DNA of 64,000 nucleotides from Eledone cirrhosa. Taxonomy: Eukaryota. The stretch is taken from NCBI GenBank assembly GCA_964016885.1, contig OZ024754.1, forward strand, positions 26,102,001 to 26,166,000. Reading direction: 5' to 3'. Shown here in pieces: positions 11,220 through 23,400 of this stretch (the first letter of the stretch is position 1; each line of letters opens with the position of its first letter). Both the position numbers and the translations under genes were made by a program. The notes under the pieces were generated by a model. That model saw only the letters and a program-made list of their open reading frames with translations. It searched no databases and was not told where the DNA came from.

Positions 11220-12117
11220 CTAGCAGTAAAGCCCGGCGTTGCTCGGGGTCGCTCAGTAGCTGTGTTAAAGTTACAATGTTAAGTTTCTTTCTTGGCTTAA
11301 AAACTGTAGTGTCTACTGTGCAGACTTGCATGTGGTGTTTTTGATTAATATTCCCTCAACCAACAATATGCCTTATGAAGTTAAGAAAACATAACGATAA
11401 CCCGAATGTTATAACAAAAGAGGATGCTGGGGATAGAAACTGCACTGGTTATTTATTAACAAAGATCGAAAATGTAAACACTGCAACGCAGAGAAAAACA
11501 TTAGCGTAACCAAATTATCAGTTATGTCTGTCTGCACGCCTATATCACCTCTCTGCACGACTGTCTGTCTGCACGCCTATATCACCTCTCTGCACGACTG
11601 TCTGTCTGCACGCCTATATCACCTCTCTGCACGACTGTCTGTCTGCACGCCTAACGACGAAATATTTGCTTGTTTTACGTAGTCTTTAAATAGACTTGTT
11701 TTCAAGTAAAAATATTGTTTTAAAATGCTTTTAAATGGAAATGAAGCAAAACGGAAGCTTACTGTTCGAACTGATGAATTTTGCAGGTCAATATTTTGCT
11801 GGCTCGACAACTGTTCGTTCGTGTATTGTGTTAATGTCATTTTAAACGCTGAGAAAGCCAGCGTAATTTTTTACGTAAGACGCTCAATGTAAACAGAACA
11901 AAGGGAAATAACTGATCACTTACGCTCAAAAATCGATACATTATATTCGATTTCGTCACATAGGGTGGGTCAATTTGAAATTTTTTTTTCCGATGTCTTC
12001 GCTAGGGCTCAATGTACAAGTATAGCAATTTCGGTGCAATTCCGTGAGAGATTCTAAGAGGAGATGTGTGCCAAAAATCGATAGACAGACAGACAACCAC
12101 AGTTTTATATATATAGA
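11220..12117 (-). mobile_element. Non-autonomous Helitron, 898 bp
   Basis: Minus-strand 5' TC(TATATATA) and 3' CTAG termini, subterminal GC hairpin CCCGGCGTTGCTCGGG, inserted between host A and T with no target-site duplication. Confidence 0.85.
11525..11653 (+). repeat. 37-bp minisatellite, about 3.5 copies, inside the Helitron
   Basis: TGTCTGTCTGCACGCCTATATCACCTCTCTGCACGAC repeated without mismatch. Confidence 0.95.
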
Positions 12118-12820
12118 TTATATTTTCACATAATTGTCTCACAAAATAGCGAATCTATGAGATTTTGATATTATTTATTTTGAGATCAATACCTTAACAT
12201 CAGTATGAGTGGCTAGTTACAGCTGGTTTCAACAGAAAGAAGTGAGAGGATTCTGGCCAGATGCAGCCGGTTTAAATTTACCATTCCTAACAGTCATATT
12301 TCAGCGGGAAATATAGTCAAATATATACCCCCCCCCAAGAAAAACTACAACAGAACTGTACTGTGTAGAGTAGTTGGTATCTAAATTGCAACAGCACCCT
12401 GTAGACTCTGTAAAGGCATACAGCAGCTGTAAAAACCATGTCGGACAAAGAGCAGAGAGAACTCATCAGTCACATTCAAGAAAAAGACAACTGTGCTGGT
12501 GCCATAAAATGCAGTCTGTATACCCAGTAAAGTGATTGGTATTAAGAAGAGTATCCTGCAAAAAGCATAAACTCAACTTTTCTGTTGTCTCAAGGATATG
12601 ATAACCTCCTTAGAGCTGGCACCATGGTAAAATACACCCAGTACACTCTGTAAAGTGTTTGGTGTTAGGAAGAGTATTCTGTTGTAGAAACTATGAAACA
12701 TATATGAGTGAGACATAGTTCCCCTGGTCTGTCTTGGTTCCAATTTAAGTACTGACTTGGTTTATAATGATATGTGCTCTATTGAACACCTGGAGGATAG
12801 AATGGTACTTTCCACATTAC

Positions 12821-12912
12821 CTGAAGAGACTTCTTCTGCCAAGCATCACCAGCTTCTAATTTTTTAATAGATGATTCTGGTATCAAATTTTCAAAATGAA
12901 CTACAAATGGAT
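12821..12912 (-). CDS. UTP25: UTP25/DIEXF exon 5 (DPFVVHFENLIPESSIKKLEAGDAWQKKSLQ)
   Basis: TTTTTCAG acceptor, GTAATG donor; DPFxxH motif marks the start of the conserved DEF region. Confidence 0.88.
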
Positions 12913-12937
12913 CTGAAAAAGGATGACAGTAAAACAT

Positions 12938-13118
12938 TTAACCCTTTATTTTACTACTGTATTTTTATCGTAAAGGTTTTAACCCACATAGTTTTGAATT
13001 TATGAGATTTTGAGAACTATACTTTAACATTGGTATAAGCAGCCAATTACAGCCGGCTTGAACAGAATGAGGTGAGAGAATTCTGGCCAGGTATGACCAG
13101 TTTAAATGCTAGAGTTAA
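12938..13118 (+). mobile_element. piggyBac-like MITE family A
   Basis: TTAACCCTTTA ... TAAATGCTAGAGTTAA. Confidence 0.8.
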
Positions 13119-13768
13119 ACTTCAAGTCCCATTTACCATAATTATATAGAAAAATATGTGAAGGTATTTGGCCTAGTGATAAGGGTTTTGGGCTCATAAC
13201 ATTGTGGATTGATTGTTAGACTGTCAAAGGCATTTTAACCTTCCTAGTGTTGATGATTTACACAAACACATCCAGTACACACTGTAAAGTGGTTGGTGAT
13301 AGGAAGGGCATCCAGCCATAGAAATCTTGCCAAACAATGGGTTAAGAGGACCCTCAGTTATGTAAAGGCATGACCTCTCTTGAGCACTTGATGGAAGATG
13401 AGACTAGATAAGCGAGACACAGATCCCCGGCTCTGCTTCAGTATGGACTTGGTCTATATAGATCCATCCAACCTTTGCTAGCAGAGAAAGCGAATGTTAA
13501 AAACAACAATGATGATGACGATGATATATACATATTACAGGGTCGATAAAATAAAGTACCAGTAATGTACTGGCCGTGTGCTAATTGTAGAAACAATTAT
13601 TATTATTAAAATCTTCCATCAAAGTTTTATGTAAAAACCTTTATGTTCCAAACACCAGCTTAATTGTAAAAAAGTTAGTTATAAATCTCTCCAAATTCCT
13701 GATTATTTTTTAAATTATTTAAAAATAATCGGTAATTGTCTTTCATGAGAAATATGGTAAGGAAAGGG

Positions 13769-13964
13769 TTAACCCTTTAGTATTTAAAATGGCCATATCC
13801 AGCCAGAATTATGTTACCTCTTTCTGTTTAAACTGGCCACTCATACTGATGTTCAGGTATTGTTCTCAAAATAGATAACATAAAAATTTCATATATTTGA
13901 TATGAGATAAAGCTTTTACCATGAAAATATAATAGTATATATAATGTAAATGTTAAAGGGTTAA
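13769..13964 (-). mobile_element. piggyBac-like MITE family A; shares its TTAA with an adjacent family B copy (about 13600-13772)
   Basis: AAAGGG-TTAA-CCCTTTAG junction; ends TAAATGTTAAAGGGTTAA. Confidence 0.8.
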
Positions 13965-14038
13965 ACTATCCCTCAAATGTCTACTGTAAGATGGTTGATC
14001 TGGGGTTAAACAATACAGATATGAAAATATATAAATAC

Positions 14039-14818
14039 CTTTCCCACTTGGAGTAACATCATCTGTTGAAGGGTTTCGCAAATTGTTGGTCAAGTCCTTG
14101 TCTAAATCATCCTCCGATGCATACGAATCATCATTGCTCTCACTTTCAGCTAAAACATCACTCTCACCATCAACATCATCACCACTGGATGTTTCGTTGA
14201 CTCCTGTTTCAGCCTCATCTCCCACATTACTACTATCTTCTCCTTCACCAGCCTCTACCTCCGCCTCATTTGTGACACCACTGTCAGCTTCTTCTTCCTC
14301 CTCCTCTTCTTCAGCCACAACACTACCAGCTTCTCCCTCTTCCCCACCACCACTAGCTTCACCCTCCTCCTCACTACTGTCTTCCTGTCCCTCCTCTTCA
14401 GCAACATCACTGCTGGCTTCTATCTCTTCCTCCTCATCATCTGCCACACTGCCATCATCTTCATCTTCTTCCCCACTACCATCTTCTTCATCCTCTTCCT
14501 CCTCCTCTACAACACTATCATCTTCATCATCCCCCTCCTCACTACCATCATTTTCCTCTTCATCTTCCAGCTCTACCTCCTCCTCCTCACTACCAACTTC
14601 TTCCTCTTCATCTTCCACCTCTACCTCCTCACTACCAACTTCTTCCTCTTCATCTCCCACCTCTACCTCCTCCCCACTATCAGCCTCTTCCTCTTCCACC
14701 TCCTCACTACCAGCTACTTCCTCTTCACTAATACCCCCTAACCCATTTCCACTCCCTACACCCTCATCTTCTGCCTCTGAATCTTCATTGCTATCCTCTT
14801 CAGTCTCAGCATCAGACA
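14039..14818 (-). CDS. UTP25: UTP25/DIEXF exon 4, 780-nt Glu/Asp-rich low-complexity exon
   Basis: Within ORF 13953..14870; poly-T ATAG acceptor at 14820-14819, GTATTT donor at 14038; phase 1 to 1. Confidence 0.85.
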
Positions 14819-15211
14819 CTATAAAAAAAAAAATATATATATATATATATACTAGGATTTTTTTCAACACACTGACACGTATCTACATATGCATACATTT
14901 ATATGTATGAGTATACAAATATAAACGCGCAAACAGACACACTCACAAAAATACACACAGACATACATTTTCACACACACACAAAAATACACTCAGATAT
15001 ACATTTACACAAACACACACATGCCAGCCATTATTATGCTATATTTTTTTCACCATCCCTTTCCTTCCTTTGACATACACATACATTCACACAAACACAC
15101 ACAGTTTGACAGATGGACAGAAGTTGCTCAAATTTATATATATAACTTTGATAGGTTTCGGCCAGTATTGGCCTAGGCCATGTCTAACTTAATAGCACCA
15201 CCTGGCTATAT

Positions 15212-15243
<32 letters not shown>

Positions 15244-16445
15244 TAAAATAAATATAACATCAGCTGTAATAACATTTTAGCAGGGGAGGAGGGGGTACCT
15301 ACCATCAATCAAAACAAATCTAGTATTTGACTGGTATTTGGGTGCTACACTTTGTAAAGTGATTAGATGTTGAAGCTACTAATAGTAATGGTTTTGTTTA
15401 ACAGCTTAGTTGATTGGAGCAATGTGAAATAAAATGTCTTGCTCAAGGATACAGTGGACTGGAGCAACTGTAAATAAAGTGTCTTACTCAAGGACATAAC
15501 ATGCTCCCTGGTCTTAGAATTGAACTCTCACAAAAAAATAAAAATCCCTATCTTCATTAGCTAATGTAGTCCTAAAACGGCAAGATAGTCACCTCTGGAA
15601 TGTCTTCGAACAGGTGTTGTGGCCCTGTTAGAAATTACTATTAGTCTAATATCATTTAAGCTCCATTTTCTGCATCATTACAGACCAAAACAGTATTTAA
15701 TCAGAAGTATTCCCTCTATAGCTGGATCCCCATCCTACTGCCATTCACCTTATAATGTGGCTCTGGTCATAGGGAGGGCGTCATACCATGTATTTCTTCT
15801 AAATACCCTAATATGGCCTCAATCACTTGGCTGGAACAGGGAGAAAAGTAAAAAACCACCACCACCACCTTCTAAATACTCCAGCATGGCCTCAACCAGT
15901 TGACTGGAACAGGGAAAATGGAAATCCCCACCTCCACCAAAGTGAAGTGAAAGCAAGAATTTCATTAGTTCTATAGAGAGGAAGTAAATATCAAAAATGC
16001 TTGCAAGTTTTAATACCACTTAACAAATCTACCTTTTTATATGAATAGTAGCATGCACATGTACACACATGCTATGAGTGAGTAGGTTTGGGGGTGAGGA
16101 TTAACATGTTTTCCCATGTTGGCATAGGTCATATGTACACACATACATATACACAGTCACACATGTATATATAAACTTACACACAATCTGACACATTTAC
16201 AAACACGACCACACAAATATAAATATTCATGTATGTATCTATCTATATATATATAGATACATTCATGAATATTTATATTTGTGTGGTAGCAAACAAACCA
16301 ACCTGCGTACTTTGTCGAGTGCTCCAATCCGCATACTGAGGTGTCAGTAAACAACCAACATATACTCAAAATATATATATATATGTATACATACATAAAT
16401 ATTTATATATACACATGTATACATGCATAAATATTTATATATATA

Positions 16446-17170
16446 TCATCATCATCATTTTACGTCCACTTTTCCCTGCTTGCAAGGGTAGGACGGGTCC
16501 TATTCAGCACAGCATCTCTCCATTTGTCACGGTCTTTCGTCATCTCCTCCGTGAGCTTCAGCGATCTGAGGTCTGCCCCCACCACTGCCCATGTTTTTCG
16601 TGGTCTTCCTCCAACTGGCATTTCTTGGCACTTCTTTACCTAGCGGTCATCCTCCATGCGCAACACATGTCCATACCATCTCAGTTTTCTCTCCCGCACA
16701 CCACAACTTATCCCTCTTATACACAGTTTCTCTCTCAACTCATCTATGCTTGGTAGTTCACACACATTGACATTGCACATCCAATGGAGCATGCTTGCTT
16801 CATTTCTCTCCAGCCGTTGCATATCCTCTGTAGTTGCTGCCCATGTCTTACTACCATGCAGCATCACGCATCTTACACAGGCATCATATAACCGGCCTTT
16901 CGTACGCAGGGAGAAACCCTTCTTTGTCAGCAGAGGAAGCAGCTCCCTAAATTTCTTCCAACCCGTTCTTATTCTAGACACTATGGCCTCAGAACACCTC
17001 CTCCCATGCTAATCTGATCACCTAGGTACCGGAAGCTATCAACCACTTCTATGGAACCCACCTGCATTTGAAAAATGTCTATCACTGCGATTACTACTGT
17101 CAAATTTCCCTGTACATCTACTGCATACATAGTTTTCCCTACCTGTTAGAGATCTGCATTGTGTACATTT
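16446..17170 (-). mobile_element. RTE-clade LINE 3' fragment with (ATG)n tail
   Basis: ORF 16640..16981 RIRTGWKKFRELLPLL...RLYDACVRCVMLHGSKTW...LRWYGHVLRM; same family as 1829-2270. Confidence 0.88.
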
Positions 17171-17416
17171 TATAGAATTTATGGCAATTCCTTACAATAT
17201 ATATAGTACAGTGGGAGTAGAGCCTCCATTCCTCATTACATCAGAAAGCATTCAACTATTACTGGAGCTAAATATTCCTTTCATGGAATATGTTGTATGG
17301 TTTTACTATTAGGTAGCTAGATCTAGTCATTCAGATGAGAAGGCCGTGATACAATAAGCAAAAGTACATAGTGTCATGTGTACCATACATCATATATGTG
17401 GTATCTTGTGTATTAT

Positions 17417-20400
17417 ATAGATGCAGATGTATCTGTGAGGTTAAGGAGTTCACTTCACAACACACATGAAGGTGTGTCTGAGAAGTTAAGGAGTTTACTT
17501 CATAACACAGATGAAGGTGTGTCTGTGAGGTTAAGGAGTTCACTTCACAACACAGATGAAGGTGTGTCTGTGAGGTTCAGGAGTTTACTTCACAACACAG
17601 ATGAAGGTGTGTCTGTGAGGTTAAGGAGTTTACTTCACAACACAGATGAAGGTGTGTCTGCGAGGTTAAGGAGTTCACTTCACAGCACAGATGAAGGTGT
17701 GTCTGTGAGGTAAAGGAGTTTACTTCACAACACAGATGAAGGTGGGTCTGTGAGGTTAAGGAGTTCACTTCACAACACAGATGAAGGTGTGTCTGTGAGG
17801 TTAAGGAGTTTACTTCACAACACAGATGAAGGTGTGTCTGTGAGGTTAAGGAGTTTACTTCACAACACAGATGGTGTGCCTGTGAGGTTAAGGAGTTCAC
17901 TTGACAACACAGATGAAGATGTGTCTGTGAGGTTAAGGAGTTCACTTGACAACACAGATGAAGGTGTGTCTGTGAGGTTAAGGAGTTCACTTCACAACAC
18001 AGATGAAGGTGTGTCTGTGAGGTTAAGGAGTTCACTTCACAACACAGATGAAGGTGTGTCTGCGAGGTTAAGGAGTTTACTTCACAACACAAATGCAGGC
18101 ATGGCTGTGTGGTTAAGGAGTTCACTTCACAACACAGATGAAGGTGTGTCTGTGAGGTTAAGGAGTTTACTTCACAACACAGATGAAGGTGTGTCTGTGA
18201 GGTTAAGAAGTTTACTTCACAACACAGATGAAGGTGTGTCTGTGACGTTAAGGAGTTTACTTCACAACACAGATGAAGGGAATGTCTGTGAGGTTAAGGA
18301 GTTTACTTCACAACACAGATAAGGAGTGTCTGTGAGGTTAAGGAGTTCACTTCACAACAGAGATGCAGGCATGGCTGTGTGGTTAAGGAGTTCACTTCAC
18401 AACACAGATGAAGGTGTCTGTGAGGTTAAGGAGTTCATTTCACAACACAGATGAAGGTGTGTCTGTGAGGTTAAGGAGTTTACTTCACAACACAGATGCA
18501 GGCATGGCTGTGTGGTTAAGGAGTTCACTTCACAACACAGATGAAGGTGTGTCTGTGAGGTTAAGGAGTTCACTTCACAACACAGATGAAGGGAGTGTCT
18601 GTGAGGTTAAGGAGTTCACTTCACAACACAGATGAAGGTGTGTCTGTGAGGTTAAGGAGTTCACTTCACAACACAGATAAGGTGTGTCTGTGAGGTTAAG
18701 GAGTAAACTTCACAACACAGATGAAGGTGGGTCTGTGAGGTTAAGGATTTTACTTCACAACACAGATGAAGGTGTGTCTGTGAGGTTAAGGAGTTCACTT
18801 CACAACACAAATGCAGGCATGGCTGTGTGGTTAAGGAGTTCACTTCACAACACAGATGAAGGTGTGTCTGTGAGGTTAAGGAGTTCACTTCACAACACAG
18901 ATAAAGGTGTGTCTGTGAGGTTAAGGAGTTCACTTCATAACACAGATGAAGGTATGTCTGTGAGGTTAAGGAGTTTACTTCACAACACAGATGCAGGCAT
19001 GGCTGTGTGGTTAAGGAGTTTACTTCACAACACAGATGAAGGTGGATCTGTGAGGTTAAGGAGTTCAATTCACAACACAGATGAAGGTGTGTCTGTGAGG
19101 TTAAGGAGTTTACTTCACAACACAGATGAAGGTGTGTGTGAGGTTAAGGAGTTCACTTCACAACACAGATGAAGGTGTGTCTGTGAGGTTAAGAAGTTTA
19201 CTTCACAACACAGATGCAGGCATGGCTGTGTGGCTAAGGAGTAAACTAAACAACACAGATGAAGGTGTGTCTGTGAGGTTAAGGAGTTTACTTCACAACA
19301 CAGATGAAGGTGTGTCTGTGAGGTTAAGGAGTTTACTTCACAACACACATGCAGGCATGGCTGTGTGGTTAAGTAGTTCACTTCACAACACAGATGAAGG
19401 TGTGTCTGTGAGGTTAAGGAGTTCACTTCACAACACAGATGAAGGTGTGTCTGTGAGGTTAAGGAGTTTACTTCACAACACAGATGAAGGTGTGTCTGTG
19501 AGGTTAAGGAGTTTACTTCACAACACAGATGCAGGCATGGCTGTGTGGTTAAGCAGTTCACTTCACAACACAGATGAAGGTGTGTCTGTGAGGTTAAGGA
19601 GTTCACTTCACAACACAGATGAAGGTGTGTCTGTGAGGTTAAGGAGTTTACTTCACAACACAGATGAAGGTGTGTCTGCGAGGTTAAGGAGTTCACTTCA
19701 CAACACAGATGAAGGTGTGTCTGTGAGGTAAAGGAGTTTACTTCACAACACAGATGAAGGTGGGTCTGTGAGGTTAAGGAGTTCACTTCACAACACAGAT
19801 GAAGGTGTGTCTGTGAGGTTAAGGAGTTTACTTCACAACACAGATGAAGGTGTGTCTGTGAGGTTCAGGAGTTTACTTCACAACACAGATGGTGTGCCTG
19901 TGAGGTTAAGGAGTTCACTTCAGAACACAGATGAAGATGTGTCTGTGAGGTTAAGGAGTTCACTTGACAACACAGATGAAGGTGTGTCTGTGAGGTTAAG
20001 GAGTTCACTTCACAACACAGATGAAGGTGTGTCTGTGAGGTTAAGGAGTTCATTTCACAACACAGATGAAGGTGTGTCTGCGAGGTTAAGGAGTTTACTT
20101 CACAACACAAATGCAGGCATGGCTGTGTGGTTAAGGAGTTCACTTCACAACACAGATGAAGGTGTGTCTGTGAGGTTAAGGAGTTTACTTCACAACACAG
20201 ATGAAGGTGTGTCTGTGAGGTTAAGGAGTTTACTTCACAACACAGATGAAGGGAATGTCTGTGAGGTTAAGGAGTTTACTTCACAACACAGATAAGGTGT
20301 GTCTGTGAGGTTAAGGAGTTCACTTCACAACACAGATGCAGGCATGGCTGTGTGGTTAAGGAGTTCACTTCACAACATAGATGAAGGTGTGTCTGTGAGG

Positions 20401-23400
20401 TTAAGAAGTTCACTTCACAACACAGATGAAGGTGTGTCTGTGAGGTTAAGAAGTTTACTTCACAACACAGATGACGGTGTGTCTGTGAGGTTAAGGAGTT
20501 TACTTCACAACACAGATGCAGGCATGGCTGTGTGGTTAAGGAGTTCACTTCACAACACAGATGAAGGTGTCTGTGAGGTTAAGGAGTTCATTTCACAACA
20601 CAGATGAAGGTGTGTCTGTGAGGTTAAGGAGTTTACTTCACAACACAGATGAAGGTGTGTGTGATGTTAATGAGTTTACTTCACAACACAGATGAAGGTG
20701 TGTCTGTGAGGTTAAGGAGTTCACTTCACAACACAGATGAAGGTGTGTCTGTGAGGTTAAGAAGTTTACTTCACAACACAGATGCAGGCATGGCTGTGTG
20801 GTTAAGGAGTAAACTTCACAACACAGATGAAGGTGTGACTGTGAGGTTAAGGAGTTTACTTCAAAACACAGATGAAGGTGGGTCTGTGAGGTTAAGGAGT
20901 TCACTTCACAACACAGATGAAGGTGTGTCTGTGAGGTTAAGGAGTTTACTTCACAACACAGATGAAGGTGTGTCTGTGAGGTTAAGGAGTTCACTTCACA
21001 ACACAGATGAAGGTGTGTCTGTGAGGTTAAGGAGTTTACTTCACAACACAAATGCAGGCATGGCTGTGTGGTTAAGGAGTTCACTTCACAACACAGATGA
21101 AGGTGTGTCTGTGAGGTTAAGGAGTTCATTTCACAACACAGATGAAGGTGTGTCTGTGAGGTTAAGGATTTTACTTCACAACACAAATGAAGGACTGTCT
21201 GTGAGGTTAAGGAGTTTACTTCACAACACAGATACAGGCATAGCTGTGTGGTTAAGGAGTCCACTTCACAACACAGATGAAGGTGTGTCTGTGAGGTTAA
21301 GGAGTTCATTTCACAACACAGATGAAGGTGTGTCTGCGAGGTTAAGGAGTTTACTTCACAACACAAATGCAGGCATGGCTGTGTGGTTAAGGAGTTCACT
21401 TCACAACACAGATGAAGGTGTGTCTGTGAGGTTAAGGAGTTTACTTCACAACACAGATGAAGGTGTGTCTGTGAGGTTAAGAAGTTTACTTCACAACACA
21501 GATGAAGGGAATGTCTGTGAGGTTAAGGAGTTTACTTCACAACACAGATAAGGTGTGTCTGTGAGGTTAAGGAGTTCACTTCACAACACAGATGCAGGCA
21601 TGGCTGTGTGGTTAAGGAGTTCACTTCACAACATAGATGAAGGTGTGTCTATGAGGTTAAGAAGTTCACTTCACAACACAGATGAAGGTGTGTCTGTGAG
21701 GTTAAGAAGTTTACTTCACAACACAGATGACGGTGTGTCTGTGAGGTTAAGGAGTTTACTTCACAACACAGATGCAGGCATGGCTGTGTGGTTAAGGAGT
21801 TCACTTCACAACACAGATGAAGGTGTCTGTGAGGTTAAGGAGTTCATTTCACAACACAGATGAAGGTGTGTCTGTGAGGTTAAGGAGTTTACTTCACAAC
21901 ACAGATGCAGGCATGGCTGTGTGGTTAAGGAGTTCACTTCACAACACAGATGAAGGTGTGTCTGTGAGGTTAAGGAGTTCACTTCACAACACAGATGAAG
22001 GGAGTGTCTGTGAGGTTAAGGAGTTCACTTCACAACACAGATGAAGGTGTGTCTGTGAGGTTAAGGAGTTCACTTCACAACACAGATAAGGTGTGTCTGT
22101 GAGGTTAAGGAGTAAACTTCACAACACAGATGAAGGTGGGTCTGTGAGGTTAAGGATTTTACTTCACAACACAGATGAAGGTGTGTCTGTGAGGTTAAGG
22201 AGTTCACTTCACAACACAAATGCAGGCATGGCTGTGTGGTTAAGGAGTTCACTTCACAACACAGATGAAGGTGTGTCTGTGAGGTTAAGGAGTTCACTTC
22301 ACAACACAGATAAAGGTGTGTCTGTGAGGTTAAGGAGTTCACTTCATAACACAGATGAAGGTATGTCTGTGAGGTTAAGGAGTTTACTTCACAACACAGA
22401 TGCAGGCATGGCTGTGTGGTTAAGGAGTTTACTTCACAACACAGATGAAGGTGGATCTGTGAGGTTAAGGAGTTCAATTCACAACACAGATGAAGGTGTG
22501 TCTGATGTTAAGGAATTTATTCACAACACAGATGAAGGTGTGTCTGTGAGGTTAAGGAGTTTACTTCACAACACAGATGAAGGTGTGTGTGATGTTAAGG
22601 AGTTTACTTCACAACACAGATGAAGGTGTGTCTGTGAGGTTAAGGAGTTTACTTCACAACACAGATAAAGGTGTGTGTGAGGTTAAGGAGTTCACTTCAC
22701 AACACAGATGAAGGTGTGTCTGTGAGGTTAAGAAGTTTACTTCACAACACAGATGCAGGCATGGCTGTGTGGTTAAGGAGTAAACTTCACAACACAGATG
22801 AAGGTGTGTCTGTGAGGTTAAGGAGTTCACTTCACAACACAGATGAAGGTGTGTCTGTGAGGTTAAGGAGTTTACTTCACAACACAGATGAAGGTGTGTC
22901 TGTGAGGTTAAGGAGTTCACTTCACAACACAGATGAAGGTGTGTCCGTGAGGTTAAGGAGTTTACTTCACAACACAGATGAAGGTGTGTCTGTGAGGTTA
23001 AGGAGTTCACTTCACAACACAGATGAAGGTGTGTCTGTGAGGTTAAGGAGTTTACTTCACAACACAAATGCAGGCATGGCTGTGTGGTTAAGGAGTTCAC
23101 TTCACAACACAGATGAAGGTGTGTCTGTGAGGTTAAGGAGTTCATTTCACAACACAGATGAAGGTGTGTCTGTGAGGTTAAGGATTTTACTTCACAACAC
23201 AGATGAAGGACTGTCTGTGAGGTTAAGGAGTTTACTTCACAACACAGATACAGGCATAGCTGTGTGGTTAAGGAGTCCACTTCACAACAAAGATGAAGGT
23301 GTGTCTGTGAGGTTAAGGAGTTCACTTCACAACACAGATGAAGGTGTGTCTTTGAGGTTAAGGAGTTCACTTCACAACACAGATAAGGTATGTCTGTGAG

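Larger units (their letters stand above)
11183..12277 (+). mobile_element. piggyBac-like MITE family A split by a Helitron
   Basis: MITE sequence at 11183-11219 resumes at 12118. Confidence 0.8.

Noticed and set aside
14083-14910. 275-aa Ser-rich plus-strand ORF
   Set aside because: Antisense shadow of the Glu/Asp-rich UTP25 exon 4.
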